Assembly: GCA_051599415.1 (NCBI GenBank)
Contig: AP039694.1
Span: 62,001 to 126,000, forward strand
Direction: 5' to 3'
DNA: 64,000 bases
Origin: Savitreella phatthalungensis
Taxonomy: Eukaryota
A program made the translations under genes and the position numbers. Below are positions 10,770 through 22,138 of this stretch, one piece after another. The first letter of the stretch is position 1, and each line of letters begins with the position of its first letter. The notes under the pieces were generated by a model, which saw only the letters and a list, made by a program, of their open reading frames with translations, was not told the origin of the DNA and did no database searches.

Positions 10770-12688
10770 CGGAGCAGTGAAACAAGGGCCCCTTGGTCAA
10801 CCCCGCTCAAAGCTGCGGCCTTTGCGAGAGTGTCAGGTCGATGGAACTCCAGCGCTAGCCGTGCTTCGGTTTTTAGCGATGCTATTTTTTGGTAATCGAG
10901 CTCGAGCGGAATTCTCCAGTCCTCGGCGCTCGCTCGAGCGCGGTTTTCCGCTTCCTGGCGACGTATAAAGTGGCCATAACGGGACTCGACAGCAAGTCGA
11001 GTTGCAGCGGCGCGATCGATGTTGAGCAGATCTGCGAGGTCTGCATGTACCAGACGACTGTGACCCAACAATTCAAAAGCTGTGCGTCGGATCCCGTCTT
11101 TGTTAACATTGACGCCGAGCTTTTGCCATTCCGACGGACTCAGACAAATCGAATTTAGGCGAGCCCTAGTATCATCCAGAAGCCTCTTGAAAGCAGTGAA
11201 GTGCTTCGCGCGCCCACTGCCGATCACGCCAAAGGTGGAGCCTTTTGGCGTCAGTCTTACATCTGCATTATCCGGTCTGATAGTCAGCCGGAATTCGCTT
11301 CGACTGGTGAACATGCGATACGGTTCCTCTACGCCTTTGGTCGTCAGATCATCGATCATGGTACCTATCAGAGACTCTGATCGCTGAAGAAGAAGCGGCG
11401 ACCTCAGCAGACTGGCGAGTCCCGCGTTAGTGCCGGCCACGAGGCCTTGAGCAGCGGCCTCTTCGTAGCCAGTGGTACCATTGATCTGGCCTGCCAGAAA
11501 CAGATTGCCGATGGATTTTGTCTCCAATGACGCGTGCAGACTTCGGGGATCGATGTAATCGTACTCAACACCATATCCCGGCGCCGTCATAATTGCATTC
11601 TCGAGGCCAGGCAAAGTACGCAAGACTTGTTCCTGTACCTCTGCAGGTAGAGTCATAGAGATACCATTCGGGTACATCACATCGCTGTCGAAACCTTCGG
11701 GCTCTAACCAGACAGTGTGGCTTGATTTGGTGGGAAACTTCATAACTTTCGACTCCAAGGACGGACAATATCGGGGACCAGCGACAGTCTCCCTGATATG
11801 GATTGTCTTATGTAGATTGGCTGACACGATGCGGTGTGTCTCCGGCGTCGTGCTTGTCTGATAGCAATGTAGCTGGCGTTCGACCGCGACGCGAGTGTTC
11901 ATGAAGGAAAATGGCTCAGGGGGATCGTCGCCTGGCTGTATCGTCATACGCTGTAGATCAACAGAACTCTTCAAGATGCGCGGGGGTGTGCCAGTCTTCA
12001 TCCTTGCTGTTGCGAGGCCGGCGGATCGCAGAGACGCTGCCAGCGCCACTGCCGGAGCCTCTCCTAGCCTGCCTGCCGCGAACGTCTCGAGGCCGATGTG
12101 AATTTCGCCGGACAGGAATGTACCTGTTGTGATGACCACGGATGAAGCAGTAACGATGCGGCCATCCGCGAGCCGAACGCCACAAACTGAGGCTCTACCG
12201 GAAGAATTCGATCGATCGAATAACAAGTCATCGACGCTCGCTTCGAGCAAGTCGAGTCTAGGCTGTTGCGCGAGCGCGTTTTGCATGTTTCGCTTGTATA
12301 GTTTCCGATCCATTTGAGCGCGTGGGCCCCAGACAGCGGGCCCCTTCTTCCTGTTGAGCACGCGATATTGTATGCCTGATGCATCACAGACTCTGCCACA
12401 TACGCCATCAAGAGCGTCAATTTCACGAATCAGAGTTCCCTTCCCGATGCCACCGAATGAGGGATTACATGACATCTCGCCTATCGCCTGTAACTTAGGC
12501 GTGATCAGCAGTGTGCGCGCACCCGTGCGCGCCGCAGCACAAGAAGCCTCGCAACCAGCGTGACCTCCGCCTATCACGATCGTGCCGTATTGAGGGACGC
12601 TCGTTGCCTGAGCAAAGCCACGGGTGAAGACTTTAGTTACACACCATTTGCCATGCAGATTAGTCAAGCGCCGTCGTTTGTTGAGCAT
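10739..12688 (-). CDS. MTO1: Mitochondrial tRNA uridine-34 modification enzyme (MnmG/GidA)
   Basis: Motifs [72 protein letters not shown] 12688 gives an Arg-rich presequence; the frame is open to 12745. Confidence 0.95.
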   Translation of the reverse strand: MLNKRRRLTNLHGKWCVTKVFTRGFAQATSVPQYGTIVIGGGHAGCEASCAAARTGARTLLITPKLQAIGEMSCNPSFGGIGKGTLIREIDALDGVCGRVCDASGIQYRVLNRKKGPAVWGPRAQMDRKLYKRNMQNALAQQPRLDLLEASVDDLLFDRSNSSGRASVCGVRLADGRIVTASSVVITTGTFLSGEIHIGLETFAAGRLGEAPAVALAASLRSAGLATARMKTGTPPRILKSSVDLQRMTIQPGDDPPEPFSFMNTRVAVERQLHCYQTSTTPETHRIVSANLHKTIHIRETVAGPRYCPSLESKVMKFPTKSSHTVWLEPEGFDSDVMYPNGISMTLPAEVQEQVLRTLPGLENAIMTAPGYGVEYDYIDPRSLHASLETKSIGNLFLAGQINGTTGYEEAAAQGLVAGTNAGLASLLRSPLLLQRSESLIGTMIDDLTTKGVEEPYRMFTSRSEFRLTIRPDNADVRLTPKGSTFGVIGSGRAKHFTAFKRLLDDTRARLNSICLSPSEWQKLGVNVNKDGIRRTAFELLGHSRLVHADLADLLNIDRAAATRLAVESRYGHFIRRQEAENRARASAEDWRIPLELDYQKIASLKTEARLALEFHRPDTLAKAAALSGVDQGALVSLLRHLQRCRPAV

Positions 12689-13321
12689 GTCGCAGCCTCG
12701 AAAGACAAAAGGTCTCGGACCGAGGTAAGAGATTGATGAAGACATCGATCGCAGACACCACTATTAGTCATGCGCCAGATGTCTATCGAGTATGCTGCTC
12801 TCTATTCATGAGTGGTCGAGAGCCCTTGACATGCATGAGATAATTTTTGCGCCCCCGATCGAGGGATCCATGTAGTACGTGTACGTGTGATCTATAATTC
12901 GATTAGTTCTGTAGAACTCGCTACGTGCATCGACGACTTAAACGTACTAATCGATGCCAATGCTACGTACACGTTACACCCAGGACTCGAAATATATGCC
13001 AGGCGGGTCAGATATATCAATGAAGTGTTCGGGTGCACATCATGCATGATCCGTATATATCGATCGATGATTCGCGCTGTCATGGTGTGGATCGTGGAGC
13101 GTTGACGTCAATTTAATGCAACTTTGGTATCAATGCGTGTTCGATAAATTCTCGACAAGGGTAGGCCGGCGTCATAAGAATACTTAGCCAGAATGTCCAG
13201 GGCCGTGAGCACAACCCGGTGGTCTCTGACCAAATGGACGACCCAAAGAATTTCGACGCGACTCAGCAACGCCAACAATCCGCGTATCAAACGCATCGAG
13301 CACACGGGGGCAGCCAGGGCG

Positions 13322-13945
13322 ATGAGTCCGCGATTGATTCACTCTCGTGCGTATCGAAGTATACTGTGTCCTACATGCGGACGTGAAGCTGGAGATCCCG
13401 CCGAGCTCTGTGTACATTGTGGCTCACCAGTACCCGTTGGGGAGGAAACTTCTTTCTATGATTATTTCCGCTCTTCTATCTCCCCGCCGGATGGTCCATT
13501 CCAGCTCGATGTGAGGGCGTTGCGCAAGGACTTTCTTCGGCAGCAGCAGCAGGTACACCCAGATAAATTCACACACGACCCTGAGCAGCGAAGACGTGCG
13601 GAGTCCGTGAGCGGGCAATTGAATAAAGCTTATTCTACACTGCGAGATCCGCTGAGGCGCGCGGAATACCTACTTGAGCGCTCTGACAAGCAAATTAGCG
13701 AGGAAAGCAAGCTTATTGACCCAGATGTGCTTTCGGACGTGATGGAGGCGCGGGAAGCGGTCGAGGACACTTCGGTGCCTGCAGAGCTTGAAGATCTCCT
13801 TCAAGTGTACCAAAAGCGTTCTCAGGAGGAGATTCGAACGCTGGAGAGCGCGTTCGCTCAGAACAAGCTAGACATGGCTAGAGGTGCTGCTGTACGTCTG
13901 AAGTACTGGACAAACATCGAGCGAGCTATTATTGAGAAGCTGTAG
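13322..13945 (+). CDS. JAC1: Fe-S cluster co-chaperone HscB/Jac1
   Basis: J domain with HPDKF and LNKAYSTLRDPLRRAEYLL; C-terminal LxDVMEARE...RLKYWTNI; N-terminal CPTC...CVHC. Start uncertain (13193 or 13322). Confidence 0.9.
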   Translation: MSPRLIHSRAYRSILCPTCGREAGDPAELCVHCGSPVPVGEETSFYDYFRSSISPPDGPFQLDVRALRKDFLRQQQQVHPDKFTHDPEQRRRAESVSGQLNKAYSTLRDPLRRAEYLLERSDKQISEESKLIDPDVLSDVMEAREAVEDTSVPAELEDLLQVYQKRSQEEIRTLESAFAQNKLDMARGAAVRLKYWTNIERAIIEKL

Positions 13946-13955
13946 TGTGCACAGG

Positions 13956-14384
13956 TCAGGTAGCTGATGTATCTGTGCGGTCAGCCGTCGAGCGCGGTGA
14001 GTCTGTTGCGGCTGGCGAGACACTGTCTGGGCCGCTGCCTGCATTAGCCCCTAGCTCCATTTCAAGACGCTCTTTTGCGCGCAAAACTTTCGACTGTATA
14101 TAAAAGCTGCCGCCTTTAGCTGGATCATTATTGTCGAACATGGTCTTGTGACGGGCAAGAACGTCCGCAACTGTGAGAGAATCCTTTTTCACATTGAGGA
14201 TCTGACAAGCTTCTTCCACGGTCAGACCGGTCGATTTCGTGATGGCATCTTTACCGGCACCAGCTCCACTGTCAGCCGATACACGCGCACTATTGGCCGC
14301 GGCTTGCTTCCAGGCTTGGACAAAGGCTTTGCCGAATACCTGGGTGCCGACAATGACGACTTGCGCTATTATACGGTGTGCCAT
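13956..14384 (-). CDS. PAM16: Mitochondrial import motor subunit Pam16/Tim16
   Basis: MAHRIIAQVVIVGTQVFGKAF, LTVEEACQILNV, GGSFYIQSKVLRAKERL. Confidence 0.95.
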   Translation of the reverse strand: MAHRIIAQVVIVGTQVFGKAFVQAWKQAAANSARVSADSGAGAGKDAITKSTGLTVEEACQILNVKKDSLTVADVLARHKTMFDNNDPAKGGSFYIQSKVLRAKERLEMELGANAGSGPDSVSPAATDSPRSTADRTDTSAT

Positions 14385-14872
14385 GGGCGAACCACTGAAG
14401 ACTGATCGTCAAATCCCCAAGTGAGTCGAGAATTTTACCTTCTCATCGTGTCACGGATCTCTGTATGTAATTTCATGTCGCACATGACTGAGATTCAGGC
14501 CGTCGCTAGAGTTAGCTAGCTACATGTATGATCCGAACGTCTGGCTCGATGGAAAGAGGTGCGGTAAATATTTATTGCATCATCTGGATTTAATCGATCT
14601 ATGTATCCATTCCACGATTGATATATATTGATATATATACAGTAAATTGAATTTTATATGTAAATTAATGTTACACATATATATGTGTGGTAGTGCTGCG
14701 CAATCTAGTGCTTCGATCGAAATCGAGGGACTCGAAAAAGGGCCCAGTAAAGACTAGAAATAAGTTTGTATCATATTAGACCTGTATGTACATGACCTGG
14801 TCGCTGAATCCGTCTCGACATTTCAAAGTCAAGCGTGCACTAGCACAAGCCCACAGCCATTATCATCGGTCC

Positions 14873-16888
14873 ATGATGAACCGGAAAAGGCGAGGGAGAG
14901 GTGACTTAGATCCAGGGGACGGCGATGTGTTTCGCCGTCGTCGTACTCGGGATGCCGAGCCGATCGAGCTGTTGAAGCGTGACTTGTTTGCACTCGGAGA
15001 CCCAGGTCGCCATGCTGTTCTTGAGGAGATCGACATTGTGGCAGAGCGCATCGGGCGCGCACATCGGGACATCTTGCCAGGCAAAACCATCTCCGGAGTC
15101 TTCGCACAGTCTCTCTCAGGTGCGCCTGCGAAAATTCCCCATTTTGCAGCGTTGACTATACGAATCGCAAGGTACGCGGAAGATGTCGCAGACGATATTC
15201 TGCGTCACTTGCGCGATTGTCTCTCTGAGGTGTTTGGTCGAGGCGATTTCTGGGAGGCTAAGCTTCTGCTGCGATTCTTCGCGTCCCTAGGCACGGAGTC
15301 CAGTACAGCGGCGTCCTTGGCGCACATCAACCAGATCGCTGATACGATTGATCAGACGAATCCCCGCATGCGGCGTGAGCTGCTTGAGATTGGCCTCCTG
15401 ACACTAGCATACACCTGCAGCTTCGGTCATGTTGACTCCATTCAACTCGAAGCGACACTGGATAAGTACGCAGCGCATGTTCAGCGGGTTATGGAAGTGG
15501 ACAAAGTCTTTCAGCATTTCGATGGGGCCACCTCTGCTGATACACTAGATTGCCTACAACGTCAATGTGAGCGTGATCCGCGCGTACTAGTTCTTCCTAA
15601 ATACCTGCTGCAAGCAGACACTAGAGCACCGAATTGCCAGCCAGCAACACTCGTGCTGAGAGAAACGACGCGCTCCAGCGCTACTGGACAGGCGTGGCTC
15701 TCCGTGTTCCAGGATCAGCGCATCGAGAGCGTGCCGAGCGTACATGAAACTGCTGCTAGTGTACTCAGAGACCTTGTTGGCGATATATTACGAGCGACAG
15801 TTCTCAATCGACATGAAGCGGCAAGGTTTTTGATCGATTTGGAATGCTATCTCGAGCCAGGCAGTTTTGTACTGCGTGGTACGCCACTCGATAAGATCGA
15901 TCCAACGGGTCCATCCTTGAAGGCTGAGGACGTCGTCGTAGATGCTATCTTCGGCTGTTTGCTTCGACTTCCAGAACCGGTACACAAGTGTGTATACTAT
16001 CACAGTGTTCTCACGGAGCTTTGCAAAATTGTTCCGCAAGCAATCGCGCCCACATTTGGGCGTGTCATTCGTTTTCTGTATAGCTCATTGGAGACACTAG
16101 ACCCAGAGCTCACCGTCCGCTTTGGTCACTGGTTTACGCATCACTTGTCGAACTTCGGATTCAATTGGAAATGGCAGGACTGGCAGTCTGATGTGGCTCT
16201 TCCTGACAACAATCCTCGTAAGATCTTTTTACGCGAATGCCTCCTGCGCGAGGCAGAGTTGTCATACTGTCAACGAATTCGCAATACGCTACCGGATGCC
16301 TTTCTCTCGCTGATTCCGCCCGACATGCCGCCTCTTGCTTTTGAGAGCCCAAGCGAAGAAGCCGCGGAGCTCTTCAGTTTGATCGAGCAAAGAGCCGACC
16401 CAGAGCAGATCGACGCTCTCCTTGGCAATCACTCTCCCAGCAAATTCGTTGAACAGCTACTACGCGCTGGCGCTCAGTCCTGCTCTCATGCTCTTGGGCT
16501 GGTCAAGTTCTATCATAAACCGCTGTCACACCGATCGTTCAACGATGTGAACTCGGGAGTGGAAATACTGGAAGTCGTGTTTCGATGCTGGTCGGCACGC
16601 CCAGCTATTGCCGTCCACATCGCATTGGGCCTGATCAACGACCTCGTTCTCTCCACTGAAGCTCTCATCGCCTGGTTGGCAAATTTGCAGCTCGAGACAA
16701 TTCGTCAGTGGTATCCTTACGAAATCATCGGGTTACTCGAATCATCTCCAGGGCAATGCAGGAAATTGGACCCCATCTTGAATGCACTGCATTCGACTTG
16801 GGCGCTTCCGTCGGGCTCCATCAATGGCCATCTTGGTCTCGGACTTGCGCGCCTTATACATCGAAGATGTACCAGTCGGAGTGCTTAG
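14873..16888 (+). CDS. STO1: Nuclear cap-binding complex large subunit (CBP80/Cbc1/Sto1), MIF4G-like domains
   Basis: N-terminal basic NLS (NRKRR...RRRR), KLLLRF, VYYHSVLTELCK, WFTHHLSNFGFNWKW. Confidence 0.88.
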   Translation: MMNRKRRGRGDLDPGDGDVFRRRRTRDAEPIELLKRDLFALGDPGRHAVLEEIDIVAERIGRAHRDILPGKTISGVFAQSLSGAPAKIPHFAALTIRIARYAEDVADDILRHLRDCLSEVFGRGDFWEAKLLLRFFASLGTESSTAASLAHINQIADTIDQTNPRMRRELLEIGLLTLAYTCSFGHVDSIQLEATLDKYAAHVQRVMEVDKVFQHFDGATSADTLDCLQRQCERDPRVLVLPKYLLQADTRAPNCQPATLVLRETTRSSATGQAWLSVFQDQRIESVPSVHETAASVLRDLVGDILRATVLNRHEAARFLIDLECYLEPGSFVLRGTPLDKIDPTGPSLKAEDVVVDAIFGCLLRLPEPVHKCVYYHSVLTELCKIVPQAIAPTFGRVIRFLYSSLETLDPELTVRFGHWFTHHLSNFGFNWKWQDWQSDVALPDNNPRKIFLRECLLREAELSYCQRIRNTLPDAFLSLIPPDMPPLAFESPSEEAAELFSLIEQRADPEQIDALLGNHSPSKFVEQLLRAGAQSCSHALGLVKFYHKPLSHRSFNDVNSGVEILEVVFRCWSARPAIAVHIALGLINDLVLSTEALIAWLANLQLETIRQWYPYEIIGLLESSPGQCRKLDPILNALHSTWALPSGSINGHLGLGLARLIHRRCTSRSA

Positions 16889-17782
16889 TCAATCCAGCTC
16901 TTCGGCGTGCGCCTTAGCGGAAAGCTTTTGGTACAATGCCTAAGAATACGGTTGCCTACAACCCGCTTCATTCCCGGGGATTCGTGTGCTGGATTATCTC
17001 GGCGGCAAGTCAGCAGCCCTTGGCGGGTTCTTGTCTCGCCGCCACCTTTTGCATGACGCCAGCTGCTAAGGTCATGTCCTTGTGAAGGCACGGAAATGAT
17101 GCCGTTGGTCTTAGATCGCGGAAGCTAATCGACTGCATATGAACCACATTTGGAGCATGCCTGAGTCGCTAAAACAAAACGCAATAGTGTCGATCATGGC
17201 ATCAGTACATCGACCATGCAGAGAGGACGCATTGCAATTTCCACTTTCAGTCGCATGAGACGTTGTTTTCTTACGCATAGATCATGTAGCATGGCAAGAA
17301 GTACAGCCGATCGTGACGAAGGCTAACTCACGGACTGCGAGTTGCATCTCATCATCGACAACGTTCAGCTTGTTTCAGTTGAACAACCGATGGTCGACTT
17401 ACACAATATAGCATATATGGTAATTTAGGTACAGCACCGTATGTATATATTCACATATATATACACAGCCAGCTGTACATCTGCAATACGGCTGAACCTC
17501 TCCGATCACAACATGTAAATTATATGGACCGCACGTAACCGAGTCTGGAATTGGTGCTTGCACTGCGTTTGCGAGGTCATCTGCAGACGTACATACGTGC
17601 GTGCAAGACATTCCCTGTCAATACATAATCCGGCAGCGTGAATCGCGACTGAGGTCAACAGAGTCCTGCGCAAGCCAGCGCCCAGCACATACTCTACCTC
17701 GTAAGCAGGATCAAATCGCAGCAACTGCAATCCGGACTAGCAGATCATAAAGTCGCACTGTCGAGGTGCAAGTTCCGCGGTT

Positions 17783-19402
17783 ATGACGAGCGGCGGGCAG
17801 CTCTATGAGACTGCTTCTGGACAGCTTTTCCACGCTGGCAAGATAGCCATCTGTCTCGTCGGTCTGCCGGCCCGGGGCAAGACTCATCTGTCGGTTTCCC
17901 TTTGCCGCTACTTATCCTGGCTCGGCGTCTCATGTAAGGCTTTTCATCTCGGAGATTATCGACGCAAATGGCTCAGGGGTGCAGAGCTGCCAAAGGACTA
18001 TTTCTTCTTCGACGGCGACGTGGCAAGCACGACAAGGGAGCTGCGGGACCGAGTCGCACAGGATTGCATGGATGACATGTTGAATTATCTGTCAACAAGC
18101 GGCGAGAACGGCCAGGTCGTCATTTATGATGCGGTCAATGCTAGCGAGGCTATTCGGAGGCGCGTTCACTGCGCCTTTGCGCAAGCTGGCGTGCAGCCAA
18201 TTTTCATCGAGACTGTTCTGACAGATGACGCTATAATCCGAGCAAATGTCCGCAATGTGAAGGTGAACTCACCAGACTACGAGGGATGGGACCCGCAGCG
18301 CGCCGTAATCGACTACTTACGTCGCATAGATCTGAAAATCCCTCACTATCGTAGCATGTCGCGCGACACTGAGGCGGACTTGCAATGGGTCAAAATGATT
18401 AATGCTGGACAGCGCATGATAGTCAACAAGGGTGGTAATGCGATGGATGTCGTCACGCCTACGCCTCGAAGTCCCTCGGCGGCAGCGTCGCACAGGGCAT
18501 CGATCTCCCTGGCTGCCGCGTCTGGCTCGCAACACCCTATTGACCCTGCGCATCTCGAATCAGTCGTTCGAGGGCTCAAAGCAACAGGTATCGGAAGCGA
18601 CAGCCCAGCGACAGACACCACCAACATGCTTGTTCAGTCATCCTTGCAAACCACGAGCAATGCCCGAAGCAGTAATTTCGGTTACCTTGGCTCGCGAATT
18701 GTGTTCTACCTCATGAATCTTCATGTCAAAAAGAGAATTCTCTACTTTGCTCGTGCCGGGCAATCCGCCGACAGATCATACAAATCAGACGCACCATTAC
18801 TGCCCGAGGGAAAGGACTATGCCCAGAAGTTGGCGGACGCTATCATACAACGACGCAAAGATCAGCGTCGACGTGCTTGGCAACTTGACCAGACTGGTGA
18901 GCTTGTAATCGACGACACAGACGATGATAATGAGCTGGTCGTCTGGACTTCGCCCAGACAACGCACGGTCGCCACGGCAGAATATCTTAAAATGGCTGGT
19001 TGTCCGGTTCGACGAAGGCCGCAGTTGCAGGCTATAAATCCCGGCGTTTATGATACGCTCTCGCTCGATGAGATCCGGCGGCGTTATCCAGGCGAAGCTG
19101 AAAAACATCAGCAAGATCCCTTCCTGCATCGATTCCCAAGGGCTGAATCTTATCACGACGTCGCTATTCGTCTGGAGCCCGTCATCCTAGAGATCGAACG
19201 CGAGAAAAGCGACTTGCTCATTATTGCACATGAGTCCGTCTTGCGCGTAATCTACGCGTACTTCGTTGGTGTGCCATCATTGGATATTCCGGACCTCAAG
19301 ATTCCTCGCCATGAATTCATTGAGATCGTTCCGGAAAGCTACAATTGCCGAACAGCTTCCGTTCGTATCGAAGGTGTTCCAATTGAGCTCGATCAAGTCT
19401 AA
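17783..19402 (+). CDS. 6-phosphofructo-2-kinase/fructose-2,6-bisphosphatase-like protein (YLR345W type)
   Basis: P-loop VGLPARGKT, FHLGDYRR, SPDY. The C-terminal histidine-phosphatase fold (WTSP, RFPRAESY.D, IIAHESVLR) has RAG in place of RHG. Confidence 0.88.
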   Translation: MTSGGQLYETASGQLFHAGKIAICLVGLPARGKTHLSVSLCRYLSWLGVSCKAFHLGDYRRKWLRGAELPKDYFFFDGDVASTTRELRDRVAQDCMDDMLNYLSTSGENGQVVIYDAVNASEAIRRRVHCAFAQAGVQPIFIETVLTDDAIIRANVRNVKVNSPDYEGWDPQRAVIDYLRRIDLKIPHYRSMSRDTEADLQWVKMINAGQRMIVNKGGNAMDVVTPTPRSPSAAASHRASISLAAASGSQHPIDPAHLESVVRGLKATGIGSDSPATDTTNMLVQSSLQTTSNARSSNFGYLGSRIVFYLMNLHVKKRILYFARAGQSADRSYKSDAPLLPEGKDYAQKLADAIIQRRKDQRRRAWQLDQTGELVIDDTDDDNELVVWTSPRQRTVATAEYLKMAGCPVRRRPQLQAINPGVYDTLSLDEIRRRYPGEAEKHQQDPFLHRFPRAESYHDVAIRLEPVILEIEREKSDLLIIAHESVLRVIYAYFVGVPSLDIPDLKIPRHEFIEIVPESYNCRTASVRIEGVPIELDQV

Positions 19403-21570
19403 AGAACAAAACCCTCAATCTCCAGCTCGCGCTGAAAGAAGTCCCCCCCGTTGTCCAACAACGGCGAGCTCTCGCTCCCGAGTTGCGTCATTATGTTCGA
19501 TACGTCTTCACGCTGATAGTCAGCTTCATGATATTGCTCCGACACAACAGACTTGCTGAAATTAGAATTGTACACTTGAACCACTTTGCGTCGGACGATC
19601 TCGCGACTGAGAGCCATCGTGAAGGTCGCGTCAGTCATCCCACCATTGGTCGGTGCGAGCCTATCATTCAAGTCATTCAGAGAGGATGCAGGCCCTCCGG
19701 AATGATATGCCATGCTTGAGTTGGAATTTGAGGTATGCATATAGCCCGGATCAATCGACGCAAGCCAGTCATCCCGCAGATAAGTTGGGCAGCACAGATA
19801 GATTTGCGTGATGATCTTCATGTTGCTTTGGCGCCACTTACGTGGCGTGAATGGCATCATGAGCTTATAGAGCTGTAGGCTCGCAAGATTGAGGCGGCTG
19901 TCCGGCAACTGGAGGCAGCGCTTGAGGTGCTGTCCCTCGCGTTGCGGCAGAAATGCACATGCACGGCGGGGATGCGGCCCGACTAGTCGTTCGGCAAGAT
20001 CCACAGAGGCTCGCATCGTGTCAATCGTAGTCTGTAGCATACACGGTCTCCGATTTGGATCAGTGTCTGCTTTTCCTGCGCCACTTTTTGACAACCGATG
20101 CCGAACTCGATATGGAAAAATGAGCTGACCGAACACTCTCAAAGTCCTGGACATGCTGCTCGCGTAATCGTGATCCCAGATAGTTGTCGCGATATATTCT
20201 GATCTGCATACATGTGCAGCGGCTGTCATCTCAAGCAACGAGCCGAGCAAGTCGTATATTGTTTGTATCGTGCGTTGCTCTGAGAGGATGATTCCGAGGT
20301 TGCTGATATCTTCGTCATCGTTGTCGTGAAAGAGCCACGCGAGCATCTCGTCTTCGCCATCGGCAGAAGCCCCATCGATGAGTTCGGGGGCCAATGTATT
20401 CGCGATTGAGTCGATCATGCCCAACGAAGCCTCCAAAATCGACATGAGCACTGCGATCAGATCGTCTACTTGCGGAAGTAGGATTCTATACCAATCGTCC
20501 AAGTACGGGGCATAGTTATGCATATAGGCTGAATAGGCTTGGCACGTCTTTGTGATCTCGTGACAATCACCTTGCGAGTGTGCTTGTAGCTCTTGATACA
20601 GCTGGAGGTCATGAATGTCCTTTTTCCAGTGACGACCGAGTAGACTGATAGCCTCCGTGACGCTCGCAGGTACGCTGAGCCAAGATTTGTCATGTAGTGG
20701 TAACGCGAAAGCGGAATCTGTCGCTGTCTGGAAAATCGTCCGTCTCGGCCGTAATACCGGAGACGGCACCGGAGTGTTTACGGATTCCAAACCGGCAGCG
20801 TGGCGCCAATTTGTCCAGAGTGACAGATCACTGGAGACTGCCTTCTTCGAGATGTCTGCCTCTCGCGCCCTGAGTGCCGAAGTGTGCAACATAGGATACT
20901 TTGGAAAGAGCTCATTTACCACATAGTCTAGGTCTGCATCGTGAGCTAAGGATGTGGAGGAAGAGTCGTTGGCGCCTCCACCCGCGTGGTGCGCCGCAGC
21001 AGCAGCAAGGCCTGAAACGCCGCCTGTGCGCTTCTGTAAAATCAATGATAGAATGAGCCCGAGGTCCACAAGCTGCCATCGAGCATCGCCTTCCAATTCT
21101 TGATCATTGCTTTTGCTTAAGCGATGCACACAGACTTCGAACATCGTCGTCATTGAGCCGGATTCAAACACTTCATCATCTCCGAGCAGAGCAGCAATCA
21201 ACAACAATCGGAGTGGTAAGCCTGCCGCTTTATCAAGGTTGTTCAACCAATGTCTCCCAAGCTCTTGGGACGGAGGTGTGCTTTTGAAGGGATTACTCTC
21301 GCTTCGCAGCAAGACATGGCAGGCTGCATATGCCGCGACTTCCAATTCCTGGGCAGCAAATATATCATTGATCGGCATATGCTCCGTCCGCGAGACAGTC
21401 GCTGCCTGTCTGCATCGTTCAGTCAAACGGCCGTTGTCGCGGCTGGACCATTGCTGCAAGTATGCCACGAAAATGGCGTTCTGATCAACCTCGAGGATCG
21501 CGACATCAAGTACGGGAATGACGCCCGCAGTGGATGCTCCTGTATTCTTCAGACCCTCTGCGAAGCTCAT
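19399..21570 (-). CDS. FAR11: STRIPAK subunit Far11/STRIP (DUF3402)
   Basis: C-terminal signature RKWRQSNMKIITQIYL..P..LRDDWL and an internal VPASVTEA block. Confidence 0.75.
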   Translation of the reverse strand: MSFAEGLKNTGASTAGVIPVLDVAILEVDQNAIFVAYLQQWSSRDNGRLTERCRQAATVSRTEHMPINDIFAAQELEVAAYAACHVLLRSESNPFKSTPPSQELGRHWLNNLDKAAGLPLRLLLIAALLGDDEVFESGSMTTMFEVCVHRLSKSNDQELEGDARWQLVDLGLILSLILQKRTGGVSGLAAAAAHHAGGGANDSSSTSLAHDADLDYVVNELFPKYPMLHTSALRAREADISKKAVSSDLSLWTNWRHAAGLESVNTPVPSPVLRPRRTIFQTATDSAFALPLHDKSWLSVPASVTEAISLLGRHWKKDIHDLQLYQELQAHSQGDCHEITKTCQAYSAYMHNYAPYLDDWYRILLPQVDDLIAVLMSILEASLGMIDSIANTLAPELIDGASADGEDEMLAWLFHDNDDEDISNLGIILSEQRTIQTIYDLLGSLLEMTAAAHVCRSEYIATTIWDHDYASSMSRTLRVFGQLIFPYRVRHRLSKSGAGKADTDPNRRPCMLQTTIDTMRASVDLAERLVGPHPRRACAFLPQREGQHLKRCLQLPDSRLNLASLQLYKLMMPFTPRKWRQSNMKIITQIYLCCPTYLRDDWLASIDPGYMHTSNSNSSMAYHSGGPASSLNDLNDRLAPTNGGMTDATFTMALSREIVRRKVVQVYNSNFSKSVVSEQYHEADYQREDVSNIMTQLGSESSPLLDNGGDFFQRELEIEGFVL

Positions 21571-22138
21571 GCGACTGGCGCGTAGAAGTAGTTCAGGCCG
21601 GTGACATAAAATTCAAGGTGCCGCGGCGAATGATGAATACGGAGAAATTCAGACAGAATATGTGTTAATTATCCTGGCAGGATATGTAACTGCAATACCG
21701 CGCGGCATGTGCAGCACTGACCGAGCCCGAGCGCTTGCTTCCGTGTTCCATGCATGGTAGTTGTGTTTCACAGTCCCAGTGCGTGTTCGTCTGCGAGACC
21801 ATGAGGGAGCTGTGCCAAGTCCGGATCATAATCTCACACTTGGATGAGAGAAGCACAACTTCATGTATTAGGTCAATGTGTCGATAGATCACAGCAAAAG
21901 GTCGATCATTTGACGGTCGGCCTCCAGAGTGCTCTCCTAGTCAGTCGCTGCTGTAGTAAAGTGTATTCAGTGCAATATTTAAATTAATTGGATTCGAATA
22001 TGGGTCGTTCCGGACGCTGGCTTCGGTATATCGATGCGTGCGGCAACTAGTTGCAATCCGTACGAGCGCCGTCCACCATTTAGACTTGTGGGGTACATCA
22101 ATCCACATCAGACACACCGTTTGACTGGCACCATCAAC

